Shown here piece by piece: positions 1 to 8,882 of a stretch of DNA of 55,703 nt. The notes beneath the pieces are model-generated. The model searched no databases. It worked only from the letters and a program-made list of their open reading frames with translations, and was not told where the DNA came from. Numbering within the stretch: the first letter of the stretch is position 1; each line of letters begins with the position of its first letter. The DNA comes from a virus (lineage: Duplodnaviria; Caudoviricetes), in IMG/VR virus record IMGVR_UViG_3300012665_000794, positions 1 through 55,703 of that record, one strand, 5' to 3'. A program made the position numbers and the translations under genes.

Positions 1-522
1 GCAGCATCAACCGGTTCATCTGGAAAAGAAAAGAAAGAAAGTTACTATGTGCAGAATCGTCCGCTAAGTGAAGGACAGGTATATCTAGTGTTTGATCGTG
101 TGATCAAGCTCGATGAAGGTCCGATGTGGGATAAAGTTAAAGGTGCAGCAGGTAAGGCTGTTGGAGCAGTTGCTCAGAAAGCAGGACAAATTGGCACAAA
201 TCTTACCACAAAAATAACTGCTGACAAGTTAAATTCAGCCTGGAAGAAAGCAGGATCGCCAACGGATTCGGATCAGCTAGCAGCATTTTTACAGGATCAA
301 GGTGTTGATGCAGGTATTGTTGACAAGGTCTATGCAGATCTTAAATTACCAACTTCAGGTGATGCTGCTGGCAACGCCGGTGATCAAAAGGCCGCACCTG
401 GCGAAGAAAAAGCCAAAGGCAAGACTGACTATGCGTCAATTAAAGAATTAGTATTAAAATTAGATAAAAAAGGTAAACAGCGCATAGCTGCTTATCTACA
501 AAAACAACTAGGAACCGCTTGA
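1..522 (+). CDS. Putative internal head protein, 5'-truncated
   Basis: The frame is open from base 1 (AASTGSSGKEKKESYYVQNRPLSEG...), so the track start at 49 is probably internal. It has L-x-E motifs (LSEG, LDEG) and a C-terminal LDKKGKQRI motif shared with the next ORF. Confidence 0.6.
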   Translation, partial: AASTGSSGKEKKESYYVQNRPLSEGQVYLVFDRVIKLDEGPMWDKVKGAAGKAVGAVAQKAGQIGTNLTTKITADKLNSAWKKAGSPTDSDQLAAFLQDQGVDAGIVDKVYADLKLPTSGDAAGNAGDQKAAPGEEKAKGKTDYASIKELVLKLDKKGKQRIAAYLQKQLGTA

Positions 523-523
523 T

Positions 524-1978
524 ATGAAAATTACAGAATTACTAACCGAAGATCAACAACTATCCGAAGGTCCGTTGGCTAACAAGATCGGCACAGCAGT
601 GGGCAAGGGTGTAGGCACATTGGCCAAAGGTGTAGGCGCAGTGGCAGGCGGTGTAGCAGGCCTAGGAGCAGCAGTCAAAAAAGGATTTGCCGCTGGTAAA
701 CAAACAGTAGCAGGCGCAGGCGACACAGATCCAAACGCAGCACCAGCCGCAGGTGGTAATGCAGCCGCAAGTGGAGGAGCCGCAGCAGCACCAGCCGCAG
801 GTGGTAATGCAGCCGCAAGTGGTGGCGGAGGCGATGCAGCCGCAGCAGCACCAGCCGCAGGCAAAAAACCTGGATTTATAGCAGGCGTTAAAGCAGGACT
901 AGCGGGCAAGAAAGGACAACCGGCTGCTGAACCAGCAGCAGGTGGCGCAGCACCAGCAGCAGGCGGTGGAGCAACAGCAGCAGCACCAGCAGCGGGTAGC
1001 GCAGCACCAACAGCTGAGCCAGCTGCTGAACCATCAGCACCAACAGCACAAGATATTAATGCGCAAGGTCCAAAAGGCACAGCAGCAGCTAAACCACAAA
1101 CTGGCGCTGCGGCAACAGCTTTGAAGAAAACAGCAGATGCCACAGCAGGCGCTAGTGCAGAGAAAGCAGGACAAACTGTTTATGCTCAAGTTAAATCTCA
1201 AATCAATAACTTAGATAAGAAAGGCAAGCAACGTATTTTACAGTTGTTACAAAAGTCGTTGACACAGCCGGCACCAGCTGACAAAGCAGCCGCTGCGCCT
1301 GCCGATGCAGGCGCTGGAGCAATGGGACAAATGGCAGGACAGTTAGCTAAAGGCGGAGCAGCACAGCCTAACACTATGGCCAATGCTCCTGTTAGCAAAA
1401 CAAATACTGCTAAACCTGGTAATCCAAACGCTGCTCCAGCAGCCGGAACTACACAAGATGGTAAGCCTCAATGGGATCCGGCAACTGGCAAAGGTGCCAA
1501 ATATGATGGTGTTACAGGTGAAATGACACCTGCATGGAAAGCTGAACAAGATAAACAAGCTGCTGCAAAACAAACTAAAGCTGCACCTACGGCGGAACCA
1601 GCACCAGCACAACAAACTACTGGACAAGCTGCAACACAGGCAGCTGATGCCGGTGGAGATGCTGAAAAAGCAGCATTAGATACTATGAAAGCTAAAAATC
1701 CTAAATTAGCAGGCATGATGGCACAGGCTGGCATGGATGATCAAGGTAATGATGTTGCACCTGTTAAGAAGCGTGGAGGTCGTAAAGCCAAACCAGCAGC
1801 ACCTAGTCAAGCAGAAATTGATGCAGACCGTGAAGCTAGAATGGGTCCAACAAGTGATTCTATTATTAGAAATTATCCAGGTCTTGCAGAAACATTGGCA
1901 ACACGAGTTGAACAACACAAACGCAAGATGTTTGAAGACAGCCTAAGAAAAGGCGAAACTAGCATATTTGTAAAATGA
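524..1978 (+). CDS. Ala/Gly/Pro-rich low-complexity protein, putative internal head protein
   Basis: 484-aa ORF. N-terminus MKITELLTE...LSEG resembles a T4 capsid-targeting/gp21-cleaved leader. Function is inferred. Confidence 0.65.
   Translation: MKITELLTEDQQLSEGPLANKIGTAVGKGVGTLAKGVGAVAGGVAGLGAAVKKGFAAGKQTVAGAGDTDPNAAPAAGGNAAASGGAAAAPAAGGNAAASGGGGDAAAAAPAAGKKPGFIAGVKAGLAGKKGQPAAEPAAGGAAPAAGGGATAAAPAAGSAAPTAEPAAEPSAPTAQDINAQGPKGTAAAKPQTGAAATALKKTADATAGASAEKAGQTVYAQVKSQINNLDKKGKQRILQLLQKSLTQPAPADKAAAAPADAGAGAMGQMAGQLAKGGAAQPNTMANAPVSKTNTAKPGNPNAAPAAGTTQDGKPQWDPATGKGAKYDGVTGEMTPAWKAEQDKQAAAKQTKAAPTAEPAPAQQTTGQAATQAADAGGDAEKAALDTMKAKNPKLAGMMAQAGMDDQGNDVAPVKKRGGRKAKPAAPSQAEIDADREARMGPTSDSIIRNYPGLAETLATRVEQHKRKMFEDSLRKGETSIFVK
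737..861 (+). repeat. Intragenic direct repeat encoding AAPAAGGNAAASG
   Basis: 38-nt GCAGCACCAGCCGCAGGTGGTAATGCAGCCGCAAGTGG occurs at 737 and 785, with a partial third copy at 845. Confidence 0.85.
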
Positions 1979-2391
1979 AAATTAATGAAATAGTCACAGA
2001 AAGTGATGTAGGAGACCTTGCCAACCTAAGTGCTAAGAATGTCAGCACTGGATATGACGCGGTTAACAAATTATTTTCACCTTCACAATGGTTCAAAGGC
2101 AGTGTTAAAACTGATGATGAACCTATTGCTCAAAAAAGTGCGCCAGTAAAACAAAAAGTATCATCTACTGCACATTTAGAAAAAGAAGCAGTTATGGCTG
2201 CTAGTCAAGGTAAAGAATTATATAGAGCTGATCTTGCACAGATAAAAATTGTTTACCAAAAAGTTAAATCTGGAAAAATATCAGTAGACGATAATGAAAC
2301 AACTTTATTATCTCTCAAAGCCTTGCTCAAAGGACAGCAATTGTCTGATCAACAAAAATCTGCATTGGCTCAATTATCTAACCAACTTTAA
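1975..2391 (+). CDS. Hypothetical protein, putative internal head protein
   Basis: 138 aa with an MKINEIVTE leader like the preceding ORF. Its start overlaps the upstream stop. Confidence 0.65.
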   Translation: MKINEIVTESDVGDLANLSAKNVSTGYDAVNKLFSPSQWFKGSVKTDDEPIAQKSAPVKQKVSSTAHLEKEAVMAASQGKELYRADLAQIKIVYQKVKSGKISVDDNETTLLSLKALLKGQQLSDQQKSALAQLSNQL

Positions 2392-2591
2392 AAGAACGGT
2401 AGTCCTGTTTTTTTAGTAGTTTCGAGATTCTCTTTGATAATCTCGCCGATAATATCTCGCTCTTCCCAAGTTAAGTTCATGCCTTCTGCATAAGAAAGAC
2501 CTCTCATATACCAACACAATTTGAGAACTTCTTTCTTTACAGCCCTAACGTCTTTGTCCATCTTCTTGGACAAATCTATGATCTCAGGCAA
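2388..2591 (-). CDS. Small baseplate hub assembly protein (T4 gp51-like), possibly expressed as a -1 frameshift extension of the upstream gene
   Basis: 67 aa with LCWYMRGLSYAEGMNLTWEERDII, directly downstream of the gp26-like gene. Weak TTG start with no clear SD. Confidence 0.6.
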   Translation of the reverse strand: MPEIIDLSKKMDKDVRAVKKEVLKLCWYMRGLSYAEGMNLTWEERDIIGEIIKENLETTKKTGLPFF

Positions 2592-2599
2592 GGGCAGGC

Positions 2600-3466
2600 T
2601 TAAGATCTGGCGGCGAAAAAATTTGATTGATCCATAGTCACAGGCAAGTCAAACTGCTTATGACATTCTTCACATTCGGCATTTTGCACTTTCATTTCCA
2701 TTTGTTCTTTGATGCCTGTGACGTGTTTAGAGATTTTATCAAATACGTCTTTAGAACAGTTATTGATAAATTCTTTAATTTGTTTTTTGTCAGAAACATC
2801 ACCGTCTGGTGTGCTGATCGTAGAAATACAATCACCGATAACATCCACTGTGAGTTCTGTTAACTTGACAAAGCTCTTACCAAAGCGATCCATTTTTTCT
2901 TCATCGCTTATTTGATCATCATTGATAATATTAAAAATTCTTTGCTGTTCTAATGTTTTGATTGATGTTTTGGTAATTTCTTGATAGCTGTAAGGTCTTA
3001 CACGGATAGTCAATGGATCAAACGGAATGTCACTGACATAGTTAAAATTAGCAAACATGTTTAACCATAGATTAAGATCAATGTCATAACTGTTTTCGTG
3101 ATTGCAGTGAGGACAGTTTGCGCCCACTTCCATCATTTCACCGTAAGTGGCAATTCTAATAGCGATTAGCACAAAGTCTAAATCGATACTAGGCATCTTC
3201 CACGGATCTAAGATAGCTGGGAAACAACTTTTGATAACTTCCACAGTGCTTTGTCCAGACAATAATGCGTCTGGAGTTTTAAACATTAGTTCGTCTTTGG
3301 CTGTCATAGCATATACTGGATATTCTCCTGTAGTGCTAACATCTAATGTTCCGTTAGGATAAAACTCGCCATTTGAAGGTAGTTTTACATAGATCTTAGG
3401 TTGTCTAAACCAACCAGCCAGCGGGTTTTTCTTTGCTTCTGATTGCTGATTTAATAAATCACTCAT
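2600..3466 (-). CDS. gp26: Baseplate hub subunit / tail assembly protein (T4 gp26-like)
   Basis: ATG at 3466 with GGAGA SD. Motifs IYVKLPS, MTAKDEL, DLDFVLIAIRIATYGE and two CxxC pairs (CPHC, CEEC) fit the T4-like hub family. Confidence 0.7.
   Translation of the reverse strand: MSDLLNQQSEAKKNPLAGWFRQPKIYVKLPSNGEFYPNGTLDVSTTGEYPVYAMTAKDELMFKTPDALLSGQSTVEVIKSCFPAILDPWKMPSIDLDFVLIAIRIATYGEMMEVGANCPHCNHENSYDIDLNLWLNMFANFNYVSDIPFDPLTIRVRPYSYQEITKTSIKTLEQQRIFNIINDDQISDEEKMDRFGKSFVKLTELTVDVIGDCISTISTPDGDVSDKKQIKEFINNCSKDVFDKISKHVTGIKEQMEMKVQNAECEECHKQFDLPVTMDQSNFFAARS
2615..2624 (-). other. Candidate -1 programmed ribosomal frameshift site (A AAU UUU UUC)
   Basis: The minus strand reads TCA AAT TTT TTC GCC GCC AGA TCT TAA. 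The -1 frame (..TTT CGC CGC CAG ATC TTA AGC CTG CCC TTG CCT GAG) is open into ORF 2388-2591. Confidence 0.6.
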
Positions 3467-3475
3467 TTTTTCTCC

Positions 3476-3483
3476 AATAAATA
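3476..3483 (+). promoter_or_regulatory. Late promoter-like motif AATAAATA for the tape measure/portal operon
   Basis: 7/8 match to T4 late consensus TATAAATA, in the divergent intergenic region. Confidence 0.5.
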
Positions 3484-3497
3484 CAATTAGCGTTATG

Positions 3498-3505
3498 TAT
3501 TTATA
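3498..3505 (-). promoter_or_regulatory. T4-type late promoter TATAAATA for the gp26-like gene
   Basis: Perfect TATAAATA on the minus strand about 30 nt upstream of the ATG at 3466. Confidence 0.7.
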
Positions 3506-3534
3506 TGCGCATTTTTCTGGGGAAAAAATAAAAT

Positions 3535-6234
3535 ATGGCCGGTGTAATGATTGATATTCCAGGAGTTGGTGTTGTCGAAGCCAAAAATGCGGCCACGGAA
3601 GCAACTTTAAAAGAAATACTTAAGGCCATTAACGAAGGCTCTGGTGGCGGCTATAAAAAAGGCGGCAAGCCTGGACTTGAAGAAAAAGGCAAAAGCGGCG
3701 GTAAAGGCGATGGTGGCAAGGAAGGTGGGGGCGGTGGTGGCAAATCTGCTCCTAGCATGTTTGGATTAGGAAAAGCTGTCGGTGCTGCAATAAGACCAAT
3801 ACAACAGGTCACCGGCGGCTTCATGGCCTTAGGCCAGCAGGCAACAAACTTGGTAAATTCGTTTGCCAATGTTGGAGACACTTTTTCAGGTGCTGCTTCA
3901 GTATTTTCTGGAATACCAGTATTAGGCGGAATATTTGCTGTAGTAGCCGCAGCCGCAGATAAAACTCTAGGATCGTATCAAGCTGCTACAGCATCTGGTG
4001 CTACATTTGGCGGTAGTATGAATGCGTTTGCTGGAGCTGCCAGTGCAGCTGGTATGACCATGGACAAGTTTGGTCAGTTGATTGCACAGAACGGCGAAGC
4101 GTTAATGATGCTTGGCGGAACCACAGAAAATGGTGCTAAACAATTTGCCAATATGTCTAAAGAAATTAGAAGCAGCGGTATTGGTTCTCAACTCTACGGA
4201 CTAGGCATGACCACTGCTGAAGTTAACCAAGGCATGGCCAATTACATTAAAACGTATGGAGCCTCTGGAGCACTACAAGGAAAATCAACAAGAGAATTAG
4301 CACAAGGTGCAGGACAGTATCTAAAAGAATTAGACGCACTGGCAAAAATTACAGGTCAGAACAGAGCTGAGTTACAAAAAGAACAAGAAGCAAGAATGAA
4401 AGACTCGCAATTCCGTGCGGCCATTGCTAATCTTGATGCTGACCAAGCTAAGATGATGAATAACTTTGTCAGCAGTTTCCCTAAAGAACAACAAGAAGCT
4501 GTTAAAGATATGATTGCCACAGGTAACATAACTTCTGACGCTGCTATCATGTTTAATCAACAGATGGGCGGAACTGCTCAAGAAGTTATGAACATGGGAA
4601 ATATTATCAAGAGTGGTGGTAAGTTAACTCAACAACAATACGACAATGCTTATAAAGGTGCAATTAGAGAAGCAAAAGTAGCTGCCGGCTCAGACGAAGC
4701 AAGAACACAGGCCTTATACAACAGTCAACAATTTGGTAACACTTACATTGGTCTTGCAGAATTAGCCAAACGAGATATCAACGGCAAAGAAAAAGCTCTA
4801 ACTGAACAAGAAAAAGCACAGGCAGCTCAGGCAGCAGCTATGGAAAAAGCCAAACAGAATTTAGCGGCATTTAGTAACAGTTTCCAAATGGCATTGGCCA
4901 ACAGTGGAATTCTTGATCTAATGTTAAAGGCTTTTGAAGTTGCAGCAAATCTAGTAATGAACTATGTGGTTCCGGCATTTCAAATTTTCTCAGCAGTGAT
5001 AACTGAAGTTGGAACATTTTTATTAGACACACTGAAACCTGTGTTTGCAGCAGTATCAGATTTTATTAGAGATACTTTATATCCTATATTCTTAGATTTA
5101 GCCGCAATAATTTTGGTCGATGTATGGCCGGCTCTTCAAGCAGTAGGTGACATAATTCAAACCTATGTATGGCCCGCACTACAGACTATCGGCGGCGTAA
5201 TAATGGATTATGTATATCCAGTATTTGAAAAGATGTATACATTTATTGCTGATAATCTACAACCTATTCTGTTAGCACTAGGAACTGCTCTGGTAGCATA
5301 TGCGGGTTATGTGACTATTATGAACGGATTGGAATTAATTAGGAACGGATTATTAATTGCATCTAGTTTAGGTCTAGGCGGTCTAGCCACCGCAGCATGG
5401 GCAGCTGCCGCCCCGATACTTGCCATTGCAGCACCAATATTAGCATTAATTGGTATATTCACTTATCTTTATAAAACAGGTTGGTCAGTTAGCACAGCGT
5501 TCGATGCTGTCAAAGACAACTTAGAAAGATTTGGTATGAGTTTTACAGAGATGCTTGATTTTATTAGAAATAAATTACCCAATGATTGGGGAGGCATTTC
5601 CGATGAAGAGAAAAAACTCAGAGATGAGGAAAGAACCAAACGTAGAGCTGAGTTAGATCAAAAAGAAAAAGATAGAGACAAAGAAAGAGAACTCAAAGTA
5701 GCAGAACGATCTTCTGAAAACAAAGCTGCCGAGCGCAAAGAAGCTGCACTTAAAATAGATCAAAAAATTGTTGACCTTAAAAATAAAGGCGCTGGTGGAT
5801 TATCAGCAGCTAACGATAAAGAACAAAAAGCTAGAGAAAAAGCTGCTGAATTAAAAGAACTAAACTACGAAGACACCACCCAATTACTCACTGGATTTGC
5901 TACTCAACAAAAGAGTGCATTTATTAAAAATCCAGAAAGCAATGCAGTTGCAGGTGCCGAAGGTGCTAGAAAAGCTGTTGAAACAGAAGCAGATAAAAAG
6001 GCTCAAACAGAAGCCAAGGTTAAAGCAGAAGCAGAAGCTAGAGCCAAAGAAGAAGAAAAAACCAAAGGAAATAGACCAGCACCGTCAACTCAAGAAAGTG
6101 CTGAAACATTGTTGGCTAGCTTAAATACTAAGATGGATCAACTTATAAAAATCAATAAAGGTGTTCACGATGTCAACGAGAAACAGCTTACTGTTCAACA
6201 GAGCTTTTCAGGCGATGTATTTGCCGCTGTCTAA
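3535..6234 (+). CDS. Probable tape measure protein
   Basis: 899 aa, Ala/Gly-rich and predicted helical. Five 15-aa Pro-spaced amphipathic repeats (5038-5265), a hydrophobic segment, and a charged coiled-coil C-terminus. Adjacent to the hub genes. Confidence 0.65.
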   Translation: MAGVMIDIPGVGVVEAKNAATEATLKEILKAINEGSGGGYKKGGKPGLEEKGKSGGKGDGGKEGGGGGGKSAPSMFGLGKAVGAAIRPIQQVTGGFMALGQQATNLVNSFANVGDTFSGAASVFSGIPVLGGIFAVVAAAADKTLGSYQAATASGATFGGSMNAFAGAASAAGMTMDKFGQLIAQNGEALMMLGGTTENGAKQFANMSKEIRSSGIGSQLYGLGMTTAEVNQGMANYIKTYGASGALQGKSTRELAQGAGQYLKELDALAKITGQNRAELQKEQEARMKDSQFRAAIANLDADQAKMMNNFVSSFPKEQQEAVKDMIATGNITSDAAIMFNQQMGGTAQEVMNMGNIIKSGGKLTQQQYDNAYKGAIREAKVAAGSDEARTQALYNSQQFGNTYIGLAELAKRDINGKEKALTEQEKAQAAQAAAMEKAKQNLAAFSNSFQMALANSGILDLMLKAFEVAANLVMNYVVPAFQIFSAVITEVGTFLLDTLKPVFAAVSDFIRDTLYPIFLDLAAIILVDVWPALQAVGDIIQTYVWPALQTIGGVIMDYVYPVFEKMYTFIADNLQPILLALGTALVAYAGYVTIMNGLELIRNGLLIASSLGLGGLATAAWAAAAPILAIAAPILALIGIFTYLYKTGWSVSTAFDAVKDNLERFGMSFTEMLDFIRNKLPNDWGGISDEEKKLRDEERTKRRAELDQKEKDRDKERELKVAERSSENKAAERKEAALKIDQKIVDLKNKGAGGLSAANDKEQKAREKAAELKELNYEDTTQLLTGFATQQKSAFIKNPESNAVAGAEGARKAVETEADKKAQTEAKVKAEAEARAKEEEKTKGNRPAPSTQESAETLLASLNTKMDQLIKINKGVHDVNEKQLTVQQSFSGDVFAAV

Positions 6235-6247
6235 GTGATAATATAAA

Positions 6248-7951
6248 ATGAGTTGGAAAAAATACTTTACTCCTGTTAACATCGATAATGCCAAATCGAT
6301 GAGTCCGCTTGGTAGCAGAGGCCGCCCAGGACCAGCACGATCAAATTACAGTTCGTTCTTGCCCGATGTTTATGCAGGAGCACCAAATCGTGTTGAGCGA
6401 TATATGCAATACGATACAATGGATATGGACAGCGAAGTCAATGCTGCTTTAGATATCCTTGCAGAGTTCTGCACACAGAAAGATAAAGAAAACTTTACTC
6501 CATTCCATATTGGATTTAGAGGAACACCAACTTCTACAGAAGTTAAAATTATCAAAGACAGTTTACAAAAATGGTGTAAACAAAATCAATTTGAAACAAG
6601 AATATTCCGCATAGTTAGAAACGCATTCAAATACGGAGATGTGTTTTTTGTTAGAGATCCGCAAACTAAAAAATGGTTGTTTGTAGATGCTACTAAAGTA
6701 ACAAAAATTATTGTCAACGAAAGCGAAGGCAAGATTCCAGAACAATATGTATTAAAAGATATTAATTTTAATTTCAAAGAGTTAATAGCAGTAACACCGC
6801 ATGGAACAGCAAATACAAGTCCAAGCGGCACAAGCTCTTATACTACAGGCGGCGGTTTTGGCCGCGGTATGGTAGGCGCAACAGCAAATACACCAGGAAC
6901 TAGATTTCAAAATGGTCAAAATGAAATTACTGTTGATGCAAACCATGTTATACATATTTCATTGTCAGAAGGATTAGACAACAACTATCCTTTTGGTAAC
7001 AGTCTATTAGAATCAGTATTCAAAGTCTACAAGCAGAAAGAATTGCTTGAAGATGCTATTATTATCTATCGTATTCAACGTGCTCCAGAAAGACGTATTT
7101 TCTATGTGGACGTCGGTAACATGCCAGCACACATGGCCATGAGCTTTGTTGAGCGTGTTAAAAATGAAATTCAACAAAGACGTATTCCATCAGCTACAGG
7201 CGGTGGTGCAAACGTCATAGACTCTAGTTATAATCCTCTAAGTGTCAACGAAGATTACTTCTTTCCGCAAACAGCAGAAGGACGTGGATCAAAAGTCGAA
7301 ACACTACCAGGCGGAACAAACTTAGGCGAGATCACTGACTTACGCTATTTTACAAACAAGTTATTCCGTGCTTTAAGAATTCCAGCTTCATATCTTCCAA
7401 CTGCTATTGATGAGCAGCCTAATACAATGGCTGACGGCAAAGTTGGAACAGCTTATATACAAGAATTACGATTTAACGAGTATTGCAAACGATTGCAATC
7501 GATGATTGTAGAAACATTTGACTTAGAATTTAAAGTATGGTTAAACAGTCAAGGTGTTAACATTGATTCTGGATTGTTTGAATTAAAGTTTAACAGCCCT
7601 CAAAACTTTGCTGCTTATCGTCAATCAGAACTTGACACAGCTAGAGCAGCAACATTTAGTCAAGTTGTTCAGATTCCGCATCTAAGCAAACGATTTGCTA
7701 TGAAGCGATTCTTAGGAATGACTGAGGAAGAAATTAAAGAAAACGAAAGAATGTGGAGAGAAGAGAATGGTTCTACTCTCACACCAAAAGTAGATTCCGC
7801 ACAGGATATGAGATCTGTAGGAGTATCTCCGGGAGGCTTATCAGCAGAAGCAGCCGGACAATCAGCAGAAGCACCGCCAGACATGGCCGCAGCAGCAGAA
7901 GCACCCGCAGAAGGCGGCGAAGCTGCACCGGCTGATCAGGTAGTTCAATAA
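6248..7951 (+). CDS. gp20: Portal vertex protein
   Basis: T4 gp20 signatures LLEDAIIIYRIQRAPERRIFYVDVGNMP, EDYFFP...GRGSKVETLPGG and YFTNKLFRALRIP. Confidence 0.95.
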   Translation: MSWKKYFTPVNIDNAKSMSPLGSRGRPGPARSNYSSFLPDVYAGAPNRVERYMQYDTMDMDSEVNAALDILAEFCTQKDKENFTPFHIGFRGTPTSTEVKIIKDSLQKWCKQNQFETRIFRIVRNAFKYGDVFFVRDPQTKKWLFVDATKVTKIIVNESEGKIPEQYVLKDINFNFKELIAVTPHGTANTSPSGTSSYTTGGGFGRGMVGATANTPGTRFQNGQNEITVDANHVIHISLSEGLDNNYPFGNSLLESVFKVYKQKELLEDAIIIYRIQRAPERRIFYVDVGNMPAHMAMSFVERVKNEIQQRRIPSATGGGANVIDSSYNPLSVNEDYFFPQTAEGRGSKVETLPGGTNLGEITDLRYFTNKLFRALRIPASYLPTAIDEQPNTMADGKVGTAYIQELRFNEYCKRLQSMIVETFDLEFKVWLNSQGVNIDSGLFELKFNSPQNFAAYRQSELDTARAATFSQVVQIPHLSKRFAMKRFLGMTEEEIKENERMWREENGSTLTPKVDSAQDMRSVGVSPGGLSAEAAGQSAEAPPDMAAAAEAPAEGGEAAPADQVVQ

Positions 7952-7957
7952 TAAATA
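7950..7957 (+). promoter_or_regulatory. Late promoter-like motif AATAAATA
   Basis: Lies 4 nt upstream of the ATG at 7962. Confidence 0.55.
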
Positions 7958-7961
7958 CATT

Positions 7962-8207
7962 ATGCTTCTTAACGAATTCTTTTATTTTAACGAAAAAAAC
8001 AACGACTTTGCCAACGATCGTAGATACGATAACAGCAGAGATAGTTCTGTTTTAGAAAAAGATGATACCCGTAAAATCCGCTTAACTCTCAAAATGATTA
8101 ATCAAATGAGATTACAAAGCGAAGCTCATATGGTTGAACAGGAATCTGAACTAAACTTTATTAGACAGATGTATGCAACACCAGCAGAAGCAGCACCAGC
8201 CCAATAA
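7962..8207 (+). CDS. Small head-module protein (putative prohead core)
   Basis: 81 aa, MLLNEF leader, immediately after the portal. Function is inferred from position. Confidence 0.6.
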   Translation: MLLNEFFYFNEKNNDFANDRRYDNSRDSSVLEKDDTRKIRLTLKMINQMRLQSEAHMVEQESELNFIRQMYATPAEAAPAQ

Positions 8208-8823
8208 CATCGCATTCATTGTAGGAAATGGCGTTAGCAGAAGTTGTGTTGACGTTGCTAACCTTACGAGTGTAGGCACAGTCTACGGCTGTAATGCACA
8301 GTATAGAGAGTTTAATCCTCACTTTTTAATAGCAGTAGACGTTAAAATGGTTAACGAAATTATAGCTTCTGGGTGGCACAAAGATCATCAATTATGGACC
8401 AATGCCAACAAAGGCATTACTTCTAAGCATAATATTAACTTTTTTACTCCGCACAAAGGCTGGAGCTCGGGGCCCACAGCATTATGGTTTGCAGCTACCA
8501 ACGGACACAAGGATGTTTACATACTAGGGTTTGATTATCAAGGAAACAACGGCAAGTTTAATAATGTGTATGCAGATACATTTAACTATAAAAAATCCAC
8601 AGATGCTGCCACGTTCTTTGGCAACTGGTTAAGTCAAACAGAAAAAGTAATTAAAGATTTTAAGCACACTAATTTTATTAGAGTGATAGAACCGGGAGGG
8701 TTCATCCCGGATAAACTAGGACCCACATTGCCCAACCTTACACACATAACTTATAAAGAATTTGGGCAAAAATTTACAAATGCACTTTATCTTGATCAAT
8801 TCGATCAAAAAACTACCATTTAA
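8173..8823 (+). CDS. MptE/Maf (DUF115)-like nucleotide-binding protein, possible glycosyltransferase
   Basis: Motifs IAFIVGNGVSR, YGCNA, LIAVD and SSGPTA...VYILGFDY. The start position is uncertain. Confidence 0.55.
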   Translation: MQHQQKQHQPNNIAFIVGNGVSRSCVDVANLTSVGTVYGCNAQYREFNPHFLIAVDVKMVNEIIASGWHKDHQLWTNANKGITSKHNINFFTPHKGWSSGPTALWFAATNGHKDVYILGFDYQGNNGKFNNVYADTFNYKKSTDAATFFGNWLSQTEKVIKDFKHTNFIRVIEPGGFIPDKLGPTLPNLTHITYKEFGQKFTNALYLDQFDQKTTI

Positions 8824-8843
8824 TGCCGTTTTATTACGAGCTT

Positions 8844-8851
8844 GTTAAATA
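8844..8851 (+). promoter_or_regulatory. Late promoter-like motif GTTAAATA
   Basis: TAAATA core in the intergenic gap before the core-gp21-gp22-gp23 genes. Confidence 0.45.
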
Positions 8852-8882
8852 AAGCACAGCCTTGACAATTAGGAGAATAGCT

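Noticed and set aside
737-861. CRISPR-like repeat array
   Set aside because: In-frame coding repeats without unique spacers of typical length, and no cas genes.
553-1946. Antisense and alternate-frame ORFs over the Ala-rich gene (553-1143, 942-1124, 1198-1398 and others)
   Set aside because: Shadows of GCA/GCT-rich codons, with no SD or promoter. The same applies to the many short ORFs inside the fibre, capsid and halogenase genes.
3467-3604. N-terminal extension of the gp26-like ORF in the track
   Set aside because: It overlaps the divergent gene and promoters. The ATG at 3466 has the SD and late promoter.
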